A stretch of 64,000 bases of DNA from Thermoplasmata archaeon. GTDB lineage: Archaea > Thermoplasmatota > Thermoplasmata > GCA-020350865. The position numbers and the translations under genes were made by a program. The DNA lies in the NCBI GenBank assembly GCA_020348445.1, contig CP070751.1, positions 4,000,662 through 4,064,661 on the forward strand. The letters run 5' to 3'. Below, piece by piece: positions 10,366-21,004 of this stretch. Under the pieces are notes generated by a model. It was not told where the DNA came from. It searched no databases and worked only from the letters and a program-made list of their open reading frames with translations. Positions within the stretch are counted from its first letter, which is position 1; every line of letters starts with the position of its first letter.

Positions 10366-13300
10366 TTGGATGACAATCAGTTACAGGGGGGTAAGATATT
10401 GAGGTCAATCAAACTATATTTAATTATCATGATGCCGGTAATATTTCTGATGGGAGCCATAGTTATGTTTTCCGCAGATGAAGTTTCGGCAGCAGGTGGC
10501 AGTGGAACACCGGAGGATCCTTATATCATCGAGAATGTAAACGAGCTTCAGGACATGAATTTGGATCTGACAGCCCATTACAAGCTGGGAAATGACATAG
10601 ATGCAAGCGCAACATCTGGCTGGAACTCTGGAGCGGGTTTCGAACCTGTCGGCAATACGTCTAGCTACTTCACCGGTTCCTTTGATGGAGATAATCACAC
10701 GATAAGTGGATTATATATCAATCGTCCGTCACAAGATTATGTAGGTCTATTTGGCTGGGTAGAGGGTGGTGAGTTGAAGAATGTGATTTTCAAGGATGCT
10801 TTTGTGACTGGAAAAGATTATGTTGGTACCCTATCCGGGATAAATCAAGTGCCGGGTGTTAAGGTATCCAATTGTATTGTTTATGGGGAAGTTAGTTCCA
10901 CTGGTTACTATACTGGGTTACTTATTGGCTCTCATGTTGGTGGAGTCAGTGGTTCTGTTGAGAACTGCTCTGTTTATGGCAGGATCTATTGTGGGGAAAA
11001 TGCTGGCGGAGGCCTAATTGGTTACGGTGATACCATAATCACCAACTGTTTTAGTTATGGGACTGTAACCGTTAGCGGATTGGGTGGTAATGTTGGTGGC
11101 CTAGTCGGAAGGAACAATGTAAATGGAGTGATAACAAACAGTTATTGCGATGTTGAAACCAGTGGTGTTAGATATGTCGGGGGTTTTGTTGGTGTGAATA
11201 GCGGAGTTATAAGTAATTGCTATGCACTAGGCGACGTATCAGGAAACGATGACATCGGTGGATTCGTAGGATATTTAGAACCAGGTGACATTATTACAAA
11301 TTGCTACAGCACAGGTAATGTGACTGGAAACACGAATGTGGGTGGTTTCCTCGGCGTTAACGATACAGGAATAATCACCAACTGCTCCTGGGACAACGAG
11401 ACATCGGGAAGAACAGATGGTGTTGGAAATCAGGATCCTGATCCGGACGATGTCATCGGTCGAAATACCACAGATATGATGACCCAGGCCACATTCACAT
11501 CCATCGAATGGGATTTCACAGACACGTGGTTCATGGTGGATGGGGAAACCAGGCCATTTCTGAGAATGGAATGGCGTACTGAGATGAGAAACTCCCATGA
11601 GCTGCAGTTGATGCTCATGAATCTTAGCGCAGATTATGAGGTTGCAGATGATTTAAACCTCACATACATTGTGGACAAGGCGCAGATGTGGGGGACGAAT
11701 CTGAGTTCTGGAGCGGGTTTTGTGCCCATAGGGAACTATTCCGACAGATTCACTGGGACTTTAGAGGGTAATGATTATTCAATTTACAATCTCTACATTA
11801 ATCGGTCATCAACTGACTATATTGGTCTTTTTGGTTATACACAAAACGCAGAAATCAAGAATGTCAGTCTTGAAGGTAATAATGTTACTGGAAATCAGTA
11901 TGTTGGTTCATTGATGGGAATGAATAATGGAGGGCTTATCACAAATTGCATTGTTAATGATAGCAAAGCCAGTGGAGATACCTATATTGGCGGTCTGATG
12001 GGACGTAATACTGGAGGTGGAGTTGTCACAAACTGCACTACATCTGTTAATACAACCGGAACAGGGCAATGGACAGGTGGTTTGATAGGACATAATAACG
12101 GAGAAGTAACAAACTGCACTTCCAAGGGATACACGACGGGAAATAATGTTGTGGCTGGTTTGATTGGACAAGATGGAGGTGGAGTAGTTACAAACTGTAC
12201 AGTATATGGTGATGTGTATGGAAGCCTGAATTATGTTGCTGGTTTGATAGGGTATAACATAGGGGGTACAATCACAGATTGCGTATCTCATGGTTATACG
12301 AATGGAACAGGGCAATTTGTGGGCGGCCTGATTGGATATAATGAAATTGGAGCAATCACAAATTGCATTGCATATGGCAACACAACTGGCTATACTAATT
12401 ATGTTGGCGGCCTGATCGGTGAGAATGCGGGTGGTACGGTCACGGATTGTATTACATATGGCAATGTAAATGGAACAGGTGCTGGTAGCGATTATATTGG
12501 TGGCATGATTGGATGGAACTATGGAGCAACATCGATTGCGAATTGCTCCGCACATGGCAACACAACTGGAAATATGCGTGTTGGCGGTCTGATCGGATAT
12601 AATGAAGGTGGTGGAACACTCACGAATTGTACTTCACATGGCAACACAAATGGAAATTTGCGTATTGGCGGCCTGATTGGAGATAATTCAGATTCAATAG
12701 TCACGAACAGCAATGCGTACGGTAATACAACTGGAACCGATTATATCGGCGGTCTGTTTGGCTCCAATTCCGAATTTGGGACGGCCACAAACTGCACAGC
12801 TCATGGAAATACCACCGGAACCAATGATTATATTGGTGGTTTGATCGGAGAGAATAGTGGAGGGACGGTGTCGGATTGTACCGCATACGGCGATGTCAAA
12901 GGAAAAGGTGCTGGCAGCGATAATGTTGGTGGTCTGATCGGATGGAATAATCAAGAAGTCACAAACTGCAGAGCATACGGTAACACATCCGGAACAGGAC
13001 AATATGTGGGCGGCCTAATCGGATGGAATAATCAAGCGGTTACGAATTGCACTGCTCATGGTGACACAAGCGGAACAAGCGATTATGTGGGTGGTTTGAT
13101 AGGATCTAATATGGGTACGATAACAAGCTGCCATGCATATGGAAATACAACTGGTGGAAATAATCGGATTAGTGGTTTGATAGGATTTAATATTGGTACG
13201 ATAACAAGCTGCCATGCATATGGAAATACAAATGGTGGAAATAATCGGGTTGGTGGTTTGATAGGAGATAACCAGGGTGGTACGGTCACAAATTGTACTA

Positions 13301-16300
13301 CCCATGGTAATACGAGTGGAAATGACTATATTGGCGGCCTGGTTGGATATAGTAATGGTGGTGCAATCACCTTTTGTCATGCATATGGTGATACAACAGG
13401 CAACTCAAATATTGGAGGTTTAATCGGAAGAAATTATAGGAATGTAGCAAACTGCACATCATATGGCAAAACAGCAGGTAATACTCAGGTTGGTGGCCTT
13501 ATCGGCCTTAACGAGGATGGACCAGTTACTAATTGCAATTCAAATGGCACCACATCTGGAATCTGGTACGTCGGCGGTCTTGTGGGACAAAACAGCGGGT
13601 ACATCAATTATAGCTCTAGTTCTGGTTCGGTAATAGGAACAGGGGGAAATATAGGTGGTCTTGTGGGAAGGAATTTCGGTTTCCTTATTATCACAAATAG
13701 TTACTGTGATGTTGACGGAGCCGGGGTAAATAATGTTGGAGGTCTTGTTGGATGGAATGATGCACCAATAACTGGCAGCTATGCCACAGGTAAAGTGACG
13801 GGCTCGGCATATGTCGGCGGCCTTGTTGGTACCAATGGGTGGACGGCTGTGAGTTCCATTACCAACTCCTATAGTACGGGAGAAGTTACGGGAACCTCGA
13901 ATATAGTTGGTGGTCTAATAGGAGAAAATACAGAAACCATATCATCTGTTATCCACAATTGTAACAGTTCAAGTAAGGTTTCTGGTTTGGGCTATGTAGG
14001 TGGCCTTGTGGGTCGTAACTATATTCCTATAACAGATAGCCACAGCACAGGACTTGTCAATGGCACCGGAGATTGGGTAGGCGGCCTTGTGGGGTATTCC
14101 GGAGATAACATTGAGAATTGCTTTAGCACAGGTTCGGTTGAGGGGATGCAACATGTCGGAGGATTGGTGGGGTATCTTTACAGCGGTGGGACAGTCAACC
14201 TCTGCAACAGCTCAAGCAGTGTGAATGGTACCTCGAATGTGGGTGGGTTAGTGGGTTGCGTTTTTGGAACATCCGCAACTGTAACCAACAGTTATTGCAC
14301 GGGTAACTCCACTGGAAATGATCATATTGGAGGTTTGATTGGAGATAATAACGGCGATGTTACGAAATGCACTGCCTTTGGCTATACTTATGGAATAACC
14401 GATTATGTTGGCGGTCTGATTGGTTATAATGACGGCGGTATAATAACAGACTGTCACTCATTGGGCAACACAATTGGAAATAATCGTGTGGGAGGTTTAA
14501 TTGGGGAGAATCACGGGGATGTCACAGATTGCACAACTATCGGGACTACGAATGGATTTGGCGTTTATATCGGGGGCTTAATCGGTTTTAATTATGGTAA
14601 TGTTACAAAATGCACAGCATATGGAAACAGTTTAACAGATGAATGGGGTCCTTTTGGTGACAATCCACCAACAGGGTGGACCATCATTGATAACGGTGAT
14701 GGGCCAAGTGTCTGGGACTCCAATGACTGGCATAGGTACTTATTTGACTCAAGTTATCCTAGTGGAACAGATACATACGCTGCTCGTGCTTACTATTTAC
14801 CACACGAGGTCAGCGATGAGTGGCTGATTACACCAGTAATAGACCTTACATCAGGAGTCTATACCGATGTATCCTTACAGTTCCAAACCTACTGGTACAA
14901 CCCATATCCAAACAACAGGGCAAGAATTCATATCAGATTGGATCACGGTCCATGGGAGCCTCCTTTAGATACATACACGACCACACAGAGCGGTGATAGG
15001 ATATACTTCATACCGAATGCAATCGGACATCAGCTTGAGATAGGCTTCAACTACCTAAGTCCAGATGCTGATATTAATGGAGAAAGCATGTGGTTTGTGG
15101 ACAACGTGATGGTCACTTCCCTCCATGAAATATTGTTTTTCGAGGACTTTGGGGGACCAAGGGACATTGGTAGTACAACCGGTGACAGTGATGTCGGTGG
15201 CCTGATAGGATATAACAATGGTGGAGCAATCACAAACTGCATCTCATACGGTGATACAATAGCTAATGGAGATTATGTTGGCGGTCTTATCGGATATAAT
15301 GATGGTGGTGAAGTACTGGATTGCCATGCGCACGGTAACGTATCAGGAAATAATAGTGTGGGAGGTTTAATAGGGGAGAATCACGGGAATGTCACATATT
15401 GCACCACTTATGGTAATACAAGTGGATTAGGCATGTATATCGGTGGGGTGATTGGATTTAATAATGCTAATGTAACAAATTGTATCGCATACGGAGACAC
15501 GAATTGTGGATTATGGGGTCCTTTTGGTGACAATCCACCAGCAGGGTGGACCATCATTGATAACGGTGATGGGCCAAGTGTCTGGAACTCCAATGACTGG
15601 CACAGGGACTTTTATTCCTCAGCCTATCCAGGAGGAACAAACTCGTATGCAGCCCGTGTGTACTTCTTCCCACTTGAGAACCAAGACGAGGAACTGATAA
15701 CACCGTCAATCGATGTTTCGGGTTACAGCTCTGTGACTTTGGAGTACGACACCTACTATGACGACTATTCCTTGGCCACCGTTGATTATGGAGATGTTGA
15801 TGTTTCCTTCGATGGTGGATCTTGGACAACTTTCTATACTTACAGTCAAAATGATGAAGGGGGCCATAAATCACATATTATAACCATACCACCAGGAACT
15901 TCTACAGTGCAGGTGAGATGGCGATACAGGGCCTCCAACGAATGGTCCTGGTTCATAGACAACGTTGAAGTATCTTCAGGTTCTGACATTTTATTTTTTG
16001 AGGATTTCGAAGGGATAGGTATTAAGAATGCAACAACCGGTGACAGTGATGTAGGCGGTCTAATCGGATATAACAATGGTGCGACAATTACCGACAGCAT
16101 TTCTAATGGTAACACTTACGGATTAAGACGACATATTGGCGGTTTAATAGGATATAATGATGGCGGAGCAATCAAAAACTGCACCACATATGGTTATACA
16201 AAAGGAACCAATGACTACGTAGGCGGTATGATCGGATACACTCTAGGTGGAACAATTACAGATTGCAAAGCGTATGTAAATACAAATGGCAGAAATCGAG

Positions 16301-19300
16301 TCGGCGGCCTTATCGGTAATAATGATGGAGGAACAGTTGACAACTGCCAATCACACGGTTACACGAACGGAACTGATTTTGTAGGCGGTTTGATAGGATA
16401 CAATAACGGTGTGCTGGTAGCAAACTGCACTACATTTGGGCAAACATACGGAACAAATGACTATGTGGGAGGTTTGATAGGATGGAACACTGGTCCCGTA
16501 ATAAACTCCAAAACATATGGTAACACCACCGGGAACCACCACCATACAGGGGGCCTTATTGGAATACACTTTTCTGAAAATGTAACCAACTGTTCTACAT
16601 ATGGAAACACAACAGGAGCCAATACCTTTACAGGGGGTCTTATTGGAAACAACAACGATGGAGAGATTTCAGGCTGCAATGTTTATGGAAATACAGGAGG
16701 ATCGGGAAATGATTATGGGGGCCTTATTGGAAGGAATAACGGACCTGTAAAATGGTGCAATGTATATGGTAATGTGGGTGAGAACAACAACTGGGTGGGT
16801 GGTTTGATTGGACACAATCTTGCTCCAGGAACAGTGGAAAACTCAACCTCATTTGGCAAAGTGAAGGGTAATTCACATGTTGGAGGTTTGATTGGACGGA
16901 ATGGAGGAACAGTTACATCGTCATTTTGTAAAGGTGACGTAAACGGAAATATCAATGTGGGAGGTCTTATAGGAATAAACAAAGATGGGACCGTAAAGAA
17001 CTGCTATGCCCAGGGTGAGGTGGATGGAAGCCTCAGGGTGGGCGGCCTTATCGGAAATAATAGCGGAAACGTGACGAACTGCTACAGCAGTGGCCTTGTC
17101 AAGGGAAGCACTGATGTAGGTGGACTTGTTGGATTCAATTTCACTGGAACTACAACAAACTGTTTCTGGGACAACAAAACGTCAGGTTGGCTTACAAGTG
17201 ATGGAGGCTCTGCCAGAAATACAAGAAATATGATGCAAAAGGCAATATTTTCAACAGTAGGGTGGGATTTCATAAATATCTGGGGCATTGTTGAGGCAAA
17301 TTCCTATCCATATCTGAAAGCCTTGGAAACCCGCCCTCCAGCAACTGCAGATATTAATATTACAATAGAGGACTCAGTTGATCCTGTTTTACTAGGTACT
17401 ACTCTCATCTATTATGTCAATGTCACCTGTTATGGTCCCCACAATGCAGGTCTGGTTGTAGCAACTGTCAGCTTGCCCTCGGAAGTTAACTGGGTTAGCG
17501 ATAACCGGAGCCTTGGACCGCCTGATGGGAACAACAACCTGACCTGGGTAATTGGTTCTGTTAATAATGGCGAGACCATTTCCTGCAAAATCCATGTAAC
17601 AGTTGATACTTTTGGCACAGGAGTAATTACATCGGATGGGCTTGTTTTCTCGGTTACATTTGATCCCGGTGCCTATGCAAATTACACATCTGAAGATACG
17701 GCAGTGAACAGAGTCCCCATTGCATTTGATGACATTAATTCCACTGATGAAGATACGGTTTTAAACGTACCAGGCTCAGGTGTTTTGAGCAATGATAACG
17801 ACCCTGACCCAGATACTATTACTGTTATAGCATATGATAATCCTAGTACACTTGGTGCGGTTGTTATTGTCAATGCCGATGGCAGTTACAGCTATGATCC
17901 CACAGGAGTTATAATATTTCAGGCTTTGTCAGCAGGCGAGAATCTTGTGGACAGTTTCAACTACACAATAAGCGATAGTCTTGGAGGATTTGCTGTTGGT
18001 ACAGTAAACATAACTGTCTATGGAGCAAATGATTTGCCCTCCGCTAACGATGACTCCTGGGAAACCGATGAAGAAACAATTCTTAACATAGTTGCTCCTG
18101 GAGTGCTGGTTAATGATTCTGATATTGATGCAAATGATATATTAACCATAGTTGATTTTGATGCCGTAACCACATTCGGAGTTTCCATCACATTAAATGC
18201 TAATGGGAGTTTCAGTTACGATCCAACTGGATTGTCAATTTTCCAGGGATTGGCAGTGGGAGAGAGTCTTGTGGACAGCTTCAATTATACCATAAGTGAT
18301 GGCAATGGCGGGATAGTAAATGCAACTGTGAGCATAACTGTGAACGGGATAAATGACAATCCGCAAGCGAATGATGACATATGGTCAACTAATGCAAATA
18401 CAACACTAGTAATTTCTGTTCCTGGGGTATTGATTAATGATACCGATATAGATACTAATGATGTATTGACAGTTATTGCTTATGACAATCTCAGCAGCCT
18501 TGGTGTCCCTGTTATCGTAGGTGTAGATGGGAATTTCAGTTACGATCCAACAGGATTGTCAATCTTCCAGGTACTTACAGCTGGAGAGAATCTTTTGGAT
18601 AGTTTTAATTACACCATAACTGACGGTCAAGGGGGAACATCCAATGCAACTGTAAACATAACCGTAAACGGGGTAAATGACTGGCCTTTTGCCAATGATG
18701 ATTCGTGGGATACTGATGAAGATACCATACTTAATGTAATTGCTCCAGGACTGTTGGCTAATGATTTTGATGTTGATACAAATGATATACTGACCATAAT
18801 TGATTTTGATGCTACAACTAAACTCGGGCTATCGATTATAGTGAATGCAGATGGAAGTTTCAGTTACGATCCTGATGGATTGTCACTCTTCCAGACATTG
18901 GCAGTGGGGGAGAATCTTGTGGACAGCTTCAATTACACTGTGAGTGACGGAAATGGCGGGATAGTTAATGCAACTGTAAATATAACTGTTAACGGAGTAA
19001 ATGACAATCCACTTGCAAATGATGATGAATGGGCAACTGATGAAGATACAACCTTAATAATATCTTTACCCGGAGTTTTGGTTAATGATGCTGATACTGA
19101 TACAAGTGATGTAATTACAGTTACCGCATATGACAATCCAAGCAGCCTTGGTGCATCTGTTACAGTCAATGCAGATGGAAGTTTCACTTATAATCCAGCT
19201 AGTTCAGTGACATTGCAGGCTCTCGCATCAGGTGAAAGTCTTGTTGACAGTTTTACCTATACAATAGATGATGGTAATGGAGGAACAGACACAGCCATGG

Positions 19301-20625
19301 TAAATATTACAGTGGACGGATTAAATGATAATCCAATTGCGTATGACGATATATGGACAACAGATGAGGATACCGAACTGATTATCGCTTCTCCGGGAGT
19401 GCTGGGTAATGATATTGATACAGATATGAGTGATATTTTAACTGTAACCTCATACGTCGATCCCAGCTATCTGGGTGCAACTGTCACAATTAATTCAGAT
19501 GGAAGTTTCACTTATTACCCAAATAGTTCCATGGCATTGCAGGGTCTCGCATTAGGTGAAAGTCTTGTGGATAATATCAATTACACTGTAGGTGATGGCA
19601 GTGGGGGAGTATCCTATGGCTTCATTAATATTACAATTATTGGAGTGAATGATGAACCTGCTATTTCTTCATCAGATGTCACCACCTCCATTGAAGATAT
19701 CCAGTATATCAATGAATACAGAGCTGAAGACATAGACGTTGGTGATGAATTGACCTGGATGCTTCAAACCAATGCCAACTGGTTATCAATTGATACTGAA
19801 ACGGGTGTGATTGATGGAACTCCCTCTGAAGCGGATGTCGGTTCGTTTTGGGTAAACGTTACAGTGAGAGATGATAATGGAGGGCTCGATTATACAAATT
19901 TCACCTTGGAAGTTTTATTGGATACTGATGGGGATGGAACACCGGATATTATTGATGACGACGATGATGGGGATACTGTACCCGATGTAGACGATGATCT
20001 TCCTTTGGATCCAACAGAGAGCATTGATACAGATTCTGATGGAATAGGAAACAATGCCGATACCGACGATGATGACGATGGTATGCCAGACGATTGGGAG
20101 CTCGCAAATGACTTAAATCCACTTGTAGATGATTCTCAGGATGACAATGATAATGATGGATTAACAAATTTAGAGGAATATGAGGCAGGGTCTGATCCAA
20201 ATTCCCCTGAAAAAGCTGAATCTGAACCTTCAGATGAGCCGTTTTTATTTGTTATTATTGTTATAATTATTATTATCGTTGTACTACTCCTCTTGTTCTT
20301 GTTAAGAAAGAGGGGTGGTGAGGAAGAAGATGAGATATATGAGGAGGATGTCCAAGTAGAAGGTGAACCAGAGGATCAGGAATGGATAAAGGAATTGGAG
20401 GAAGTAGCGGAGGAGGAGGCAGAGGATTTCGAATGTCCAGAATGCGGGGAAACAATTCATGGCTCACCAGCCAGTTGTCCAAATTGCGGAACAGAATTTG
20501 AATATGAAGATGAAGAAGATACAGTTGAAGTTTTCGAGTGCCCGGTATGCGGTTCTTCTCTTTCCCCTACTGAAACAATTTGTCCTAAGTGTGGTTCAGA
20601 GATTGAGGTTGACGAGGAAGAGTAG
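10366..20625 (+). CDS. Giant (3419 aa) membrane-anchored surface protein: GLUG-repeat beta-helix, two MAM/cleaved-adhesin-like inserts, DUF11-like Ig, VCBS/Ig-like (tandem-95-type) repeats, cadherin-like domain, Ca-binding DxDxDG repeats, TM helix, acidic tail, two CxxC zinc ribbons
   Basis: N-terminal hydrophobic signal; dozens of VGGLIG(x)N repeats; PxANDD...DxD repeats; FLFVIIVIIIIIVVLLLLFLL; CPECG..CPNCG and CPVCG..CPKCG at the C-terminus; exact start uncertain (TTG). Confidence 0.9.
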   Translation: MDDNQLQGGKILRSIKLYLIIMMPVIFLMGAIVMFSADEVSAAGGSGTPEDPYIIENVNELQDMNLDLTAHYKLGNDIDASATSGWNSGAGFEPVGNTSSYFTGSFDGDNHTISGLYINRPSQDYVGLFGWVEGGELKNVIFKDAFVTGKDYVGTLSGINQVPGVKVSNCIVYGEVSSTGYYTGLLIGSHVGGVSGSVENCSVYGRIYCGENAGGGLIGYGDTIITNCFSYGTVTVSGLGGNVGGLVGRNNVNGVITNSYCDVETSGVRYVGGFVGVNSGVISNCYALGDVSGNDDIGGFVGYLEPGDIITNCYSTGNVTGNTNVGGFLGVNDTGIITNCSWDNETSGRTDGVGNQDPDPDDVIGRNTTDMMTQATFTSIEWDFTDTWFMVDGETRPFLRMEWRTEMRNSHELQLMLMNLSADYEVADDLNLTYIVDKAQMWGTNLSSGAGFVPIGNYSDRFTGTLEGNDYSIYNLYINRSSTDYIGLFGYTQNAEIKNVSLEGNNVTGNQYVGSLMGMNNGGLITNCIVNDSKASGDTYIGGLMGRNTGGGVVTNCTTSVNTTGTGQWTGGLIGHNNGEVTNCTSKGYTTGNNVVAGLIGQDGGGVVTNCTVYGDVYGSLNYVAGLIGYNIGGTITDCVSHGYTNGTGQFVGGLIGYNEIGAITNCIAYGNTTGYTNYVGGLIGENAGGTVTDCITYGNVNGTGAGSDYIGGMIGWNYGATSIANCSAHGNTTGNMRVGGLIGYNEGGGTLTNCTSHGNTNGNLRIGGLIGDNSDSIVTNSNAYGNTTGTDYIGGLFGSNSEFGTATNCTAHGNTTGTNDYIGGLIGENSGGTVSDCTAYGDVKGKGAGSDNVGGLIGWNNQEVTNCRAYGNTSGTGQYVGGLIGWNNQAVTNCTAHGDTSGTSDYVGGLIGSNMGTITSCHAYGNTTGGNNRISGLIGFNIGTITSCHAYGNTNGGNNRVGGLIGDNQGGTVTNCTTHGNTSGNDYIGGLVGYSNGGAITFCHAYGDTTGNSNIGGLIGRNYRNVANCTSYGKTAGNTQVGGLIGLNEDGPVTNCNSNGTTSGIWYVGGLVGQNSGYINYSSSSGSVIGTGGNIGGLVGRNFGFLIITNSYCDVDGAGVNNVGGLVGWNDAPITGSYATGKVTGSAYVGGLVGTNGWTAVSSITNSYSTGEVTGTSNIVGGLIGENTETISSVIHNCNSSSKVSGLGYVGGLVGRNYIPITDSHSTGLVNGTGDWVGGLVGYSGDNIENCFSTGSVEGMQHVGGLVGYLYSGGTVNLCNSSSSVNGTSNVGGLVGCVFGTSATVTNSYCTGNSTGNDHIGGLIGDNNGDVTKCTAFGYTYGITDYVGGLIGYNDGGIITDCHSLGNTIGNNRVGGLIGENHGDVTDCTTIGTTNGFGVYIGGLIGFNYGNVTKCTAYGNSLTDEWGPFGDNPPTGWTIIDNGDGPSVWDSNDWHRYLFDSSYPSGTDTYAARAYYLPHEVSDEWLITPVIDLTSGVYTDVSLQFQTYWYNPYPNNRARIHIRLDHGPWEPPLDTYTTTQSGDRIYFIPNAIGHQLEIGFNYLSPDADINGESMWFVDNVMVTSLHEILFFEDFGGPRDIGSTTGDSDVGGLIGYNNGGAITNCISYGDTIANGDYVGGLIGYNDGGEVLDCHAHGNVSGNNSVGGLIGENHGNVTYCTTYGNTSGLGMYIGGVIGFNNANVTNCIAYGDTNCGLWGPFGDNPPAGWTIIDNGDGPSVWNSNDWHRDFYSSAYPGGTNSYAARVYFFPLENQDEELITPSIDVSGYSSVTLEYDTYYDDYSLATVDYGDVDVSFDGGSWTTFYTYSQNDEGGHKSHIITIPPGTSTVQVRWRYRASNEWSWFIDNVEVSSGSDILFFEDFEGIGIKNATTGDSDVGGLIGYNNGATITDSISNGNTYGLRRHIGGLIGYNDGGAIKNCTTYGYTKGTNDYVGGMIGYTLGGTITDCKAYVNTNGRNRVGGLIGNNDGGTVDNCQSHGYTNGTDFVGGLIGYNNGVLVANCTTFGQTYGTNDYVGGLIGWNTGPVINSKTYGNTTGNHHHTGGLIGIHFSENVTNCSTYGNTTGANTFTGGLIGNNNDGEISGCNVYGNTGGSGNDYGGLIGRNNGPVKWCNVYGNVGENNNWVGGLIGHNLAPGTVENSTSFGKVKGNSHVGGLIGRNGGTVTSSFCKGDVNGNINVGGLIGINKDGTVKNCYAQGEVDGSLRVGGLIGNNSGNVTNCYSSGLVKGSTDVGGLVGFNFTGTTTNCFWDNKTSGWLTSDGGSARNTRNMMQKAIFSTVGWDFINIWGIVEANSYPYLKALETRPPATADINITIEDSVDPVLLGTTLIYYVNVTCYGPHNAGLVVATVSLPSEVNWVSDNRSLGPPDGNNNLTWVIGSVNNGETISCKIHVTVDTFGTGVITSDGLVFSVTFDPGAYANYTSEDTAVNRVPIAFDDINSTDEDTVLNVPGSGVLSNDNDPDPDTITVIAYDNPSTLGAVVIVNADGSYSYDPTGVIIFQALSAGENLVDSFNYTISDSLGGFAVGTVNITVYGANDLPSANDDSWETDEETILNIVAPGVLVNDSDIDANDILTIVDFDAVTTFGVSITLNANGSFSYDPTGLSIFQGLAVGESLVDSFNYTISDGNGGIVNATVSITVNGINDNPQANDDIWSTNANTTLVISVPGVLINDTDIDTNDVLTVIAYDNLSSLGVPVIVGVDGNFSYDPTGLSIFQVLTAGENLLDSFNYTITDGQGGTSNATVNITVNGVNDWPFANDDSWDTDEDTILNVIAPGLLANDFDVDTNDILTIIDFDATTKLGLSIIVNADGSFSYDPDGLSLFQTLAVGENLVDSFNYTVSDGNGGIVNATVNITVNGVNDNPLANDDEWATDEDTTLIISLPGVLVNDADTDTSDVITVTAYDNPSSLGASVTVNADGSFTYNPASSVTLQALASGESLVDSFTYTIDDGNGGTDTAMVNITVDGLNDNPIAYDDIWTTDEDTELIIASPGVLGNDIDTDMSDILTVTSYVDPSYLGATVTINSDGSFTYYPNSSMALQGLALGESLVDNINYTVGDGSGGVSYGFINITIIGVNDEPAISSSDVTTSIEDIQYINEYRAEDIDVGDELTWMLQTNANWLSIDTETGVIDGTPSEADVGSFWVNVTVRDDNGGLDYTNFTLEVLLDTDGDGTPDIIDDDDDGDTVPDVDDDLPLDPTESIDTDSDGIGNNADTDDDDDGMPDDWELANDLNPLVDDSQDDNDNDGLTNLEEYEAGSDPNSPEKAESEPSDEPFLFVIIVIIIIIVVLLLLFLLRKRGGEEEDEIYEEDVQVEGEPEDQEWIKELEEVAEEEAEDFECPECGETIHGSPASCPNCGTEFEYEDEEDTVEVFECPVCGSSLSPTETICPKCGSEIEVDEEE
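17710..19650 (+). repeat. Five tandem ~105-aa VCBS/Ig-like repeats within the giant surface protein
   Basis: Repeated P.A.DD.W.TDE.T.L....PG(V/L)L.ND.D.D..D.LT...D...N.DGSF.YDP...L..GE.LVDSFNYTI.DG.GG...A.V.ITV.G.ND; boundaries approximate. Confidence 0.85.
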
Positions 20626-20675
20626 ACAATATGCATATAAACTCATAATTAATTAAAATCAAAGAAGGTATTGAA

Positions 20676-20783
20676 ATGGAAAGAGAGATTATACTATGTC
20701 CCGATTGCGGTCTTGAGATATCCAAAAAAGATACTTCATGTCCCAACTGCGGTCTTGATCTGAAGTACGCGAAAAAGAAATGA
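20676..20783 (+). CDS. 35-aa zinc-ribbon microprotein MEREIILCPDCGLEISKKDTSCPNCGLDLKYAKKK (absent from ORF track)
   Basis: ATG 20676 with aaggt RBS; two CPxCG knuckles; TGA 20781-83. Confidence 0.8.
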   Translation: MEREIILCPDCGLEISKKDTSCPNCGLDLKYAKKK

Positions 20784-20892
20784 TTTTCAACGGAGAATCA
20801 CTACTTTTTTAATGTACTTTAAAATTTAAAATAGTATTGATTAACGTGTGTAATTAATAAAGTTTAGCTGACATAATATGCAGCTTAATAGG

Positions 20893-20996
20893 TTTAGGTT
20901 AAACCTAAAACACAATTTTTTTTACGCTTCCTGTCCGACAAAATCGACAGGTTTATATAGGACAACTCACATATAGCGTCGGACACTCAGTCCGAC
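20893..20996. promoter_or_regulatory. Palindromic sites around the recombinase promoter
   Basis: TTTAGGTT-A-AACCTAAA (20893-20909); gtccgacaaa at 20933-42 and 20990-99; GTCGGAC-actca-GTCCGAC (20978-96); TATA tttatata at 20952-59. Confidence 0.55.
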
Positions 20997-21004
20997 AAAT
21001 AGGG

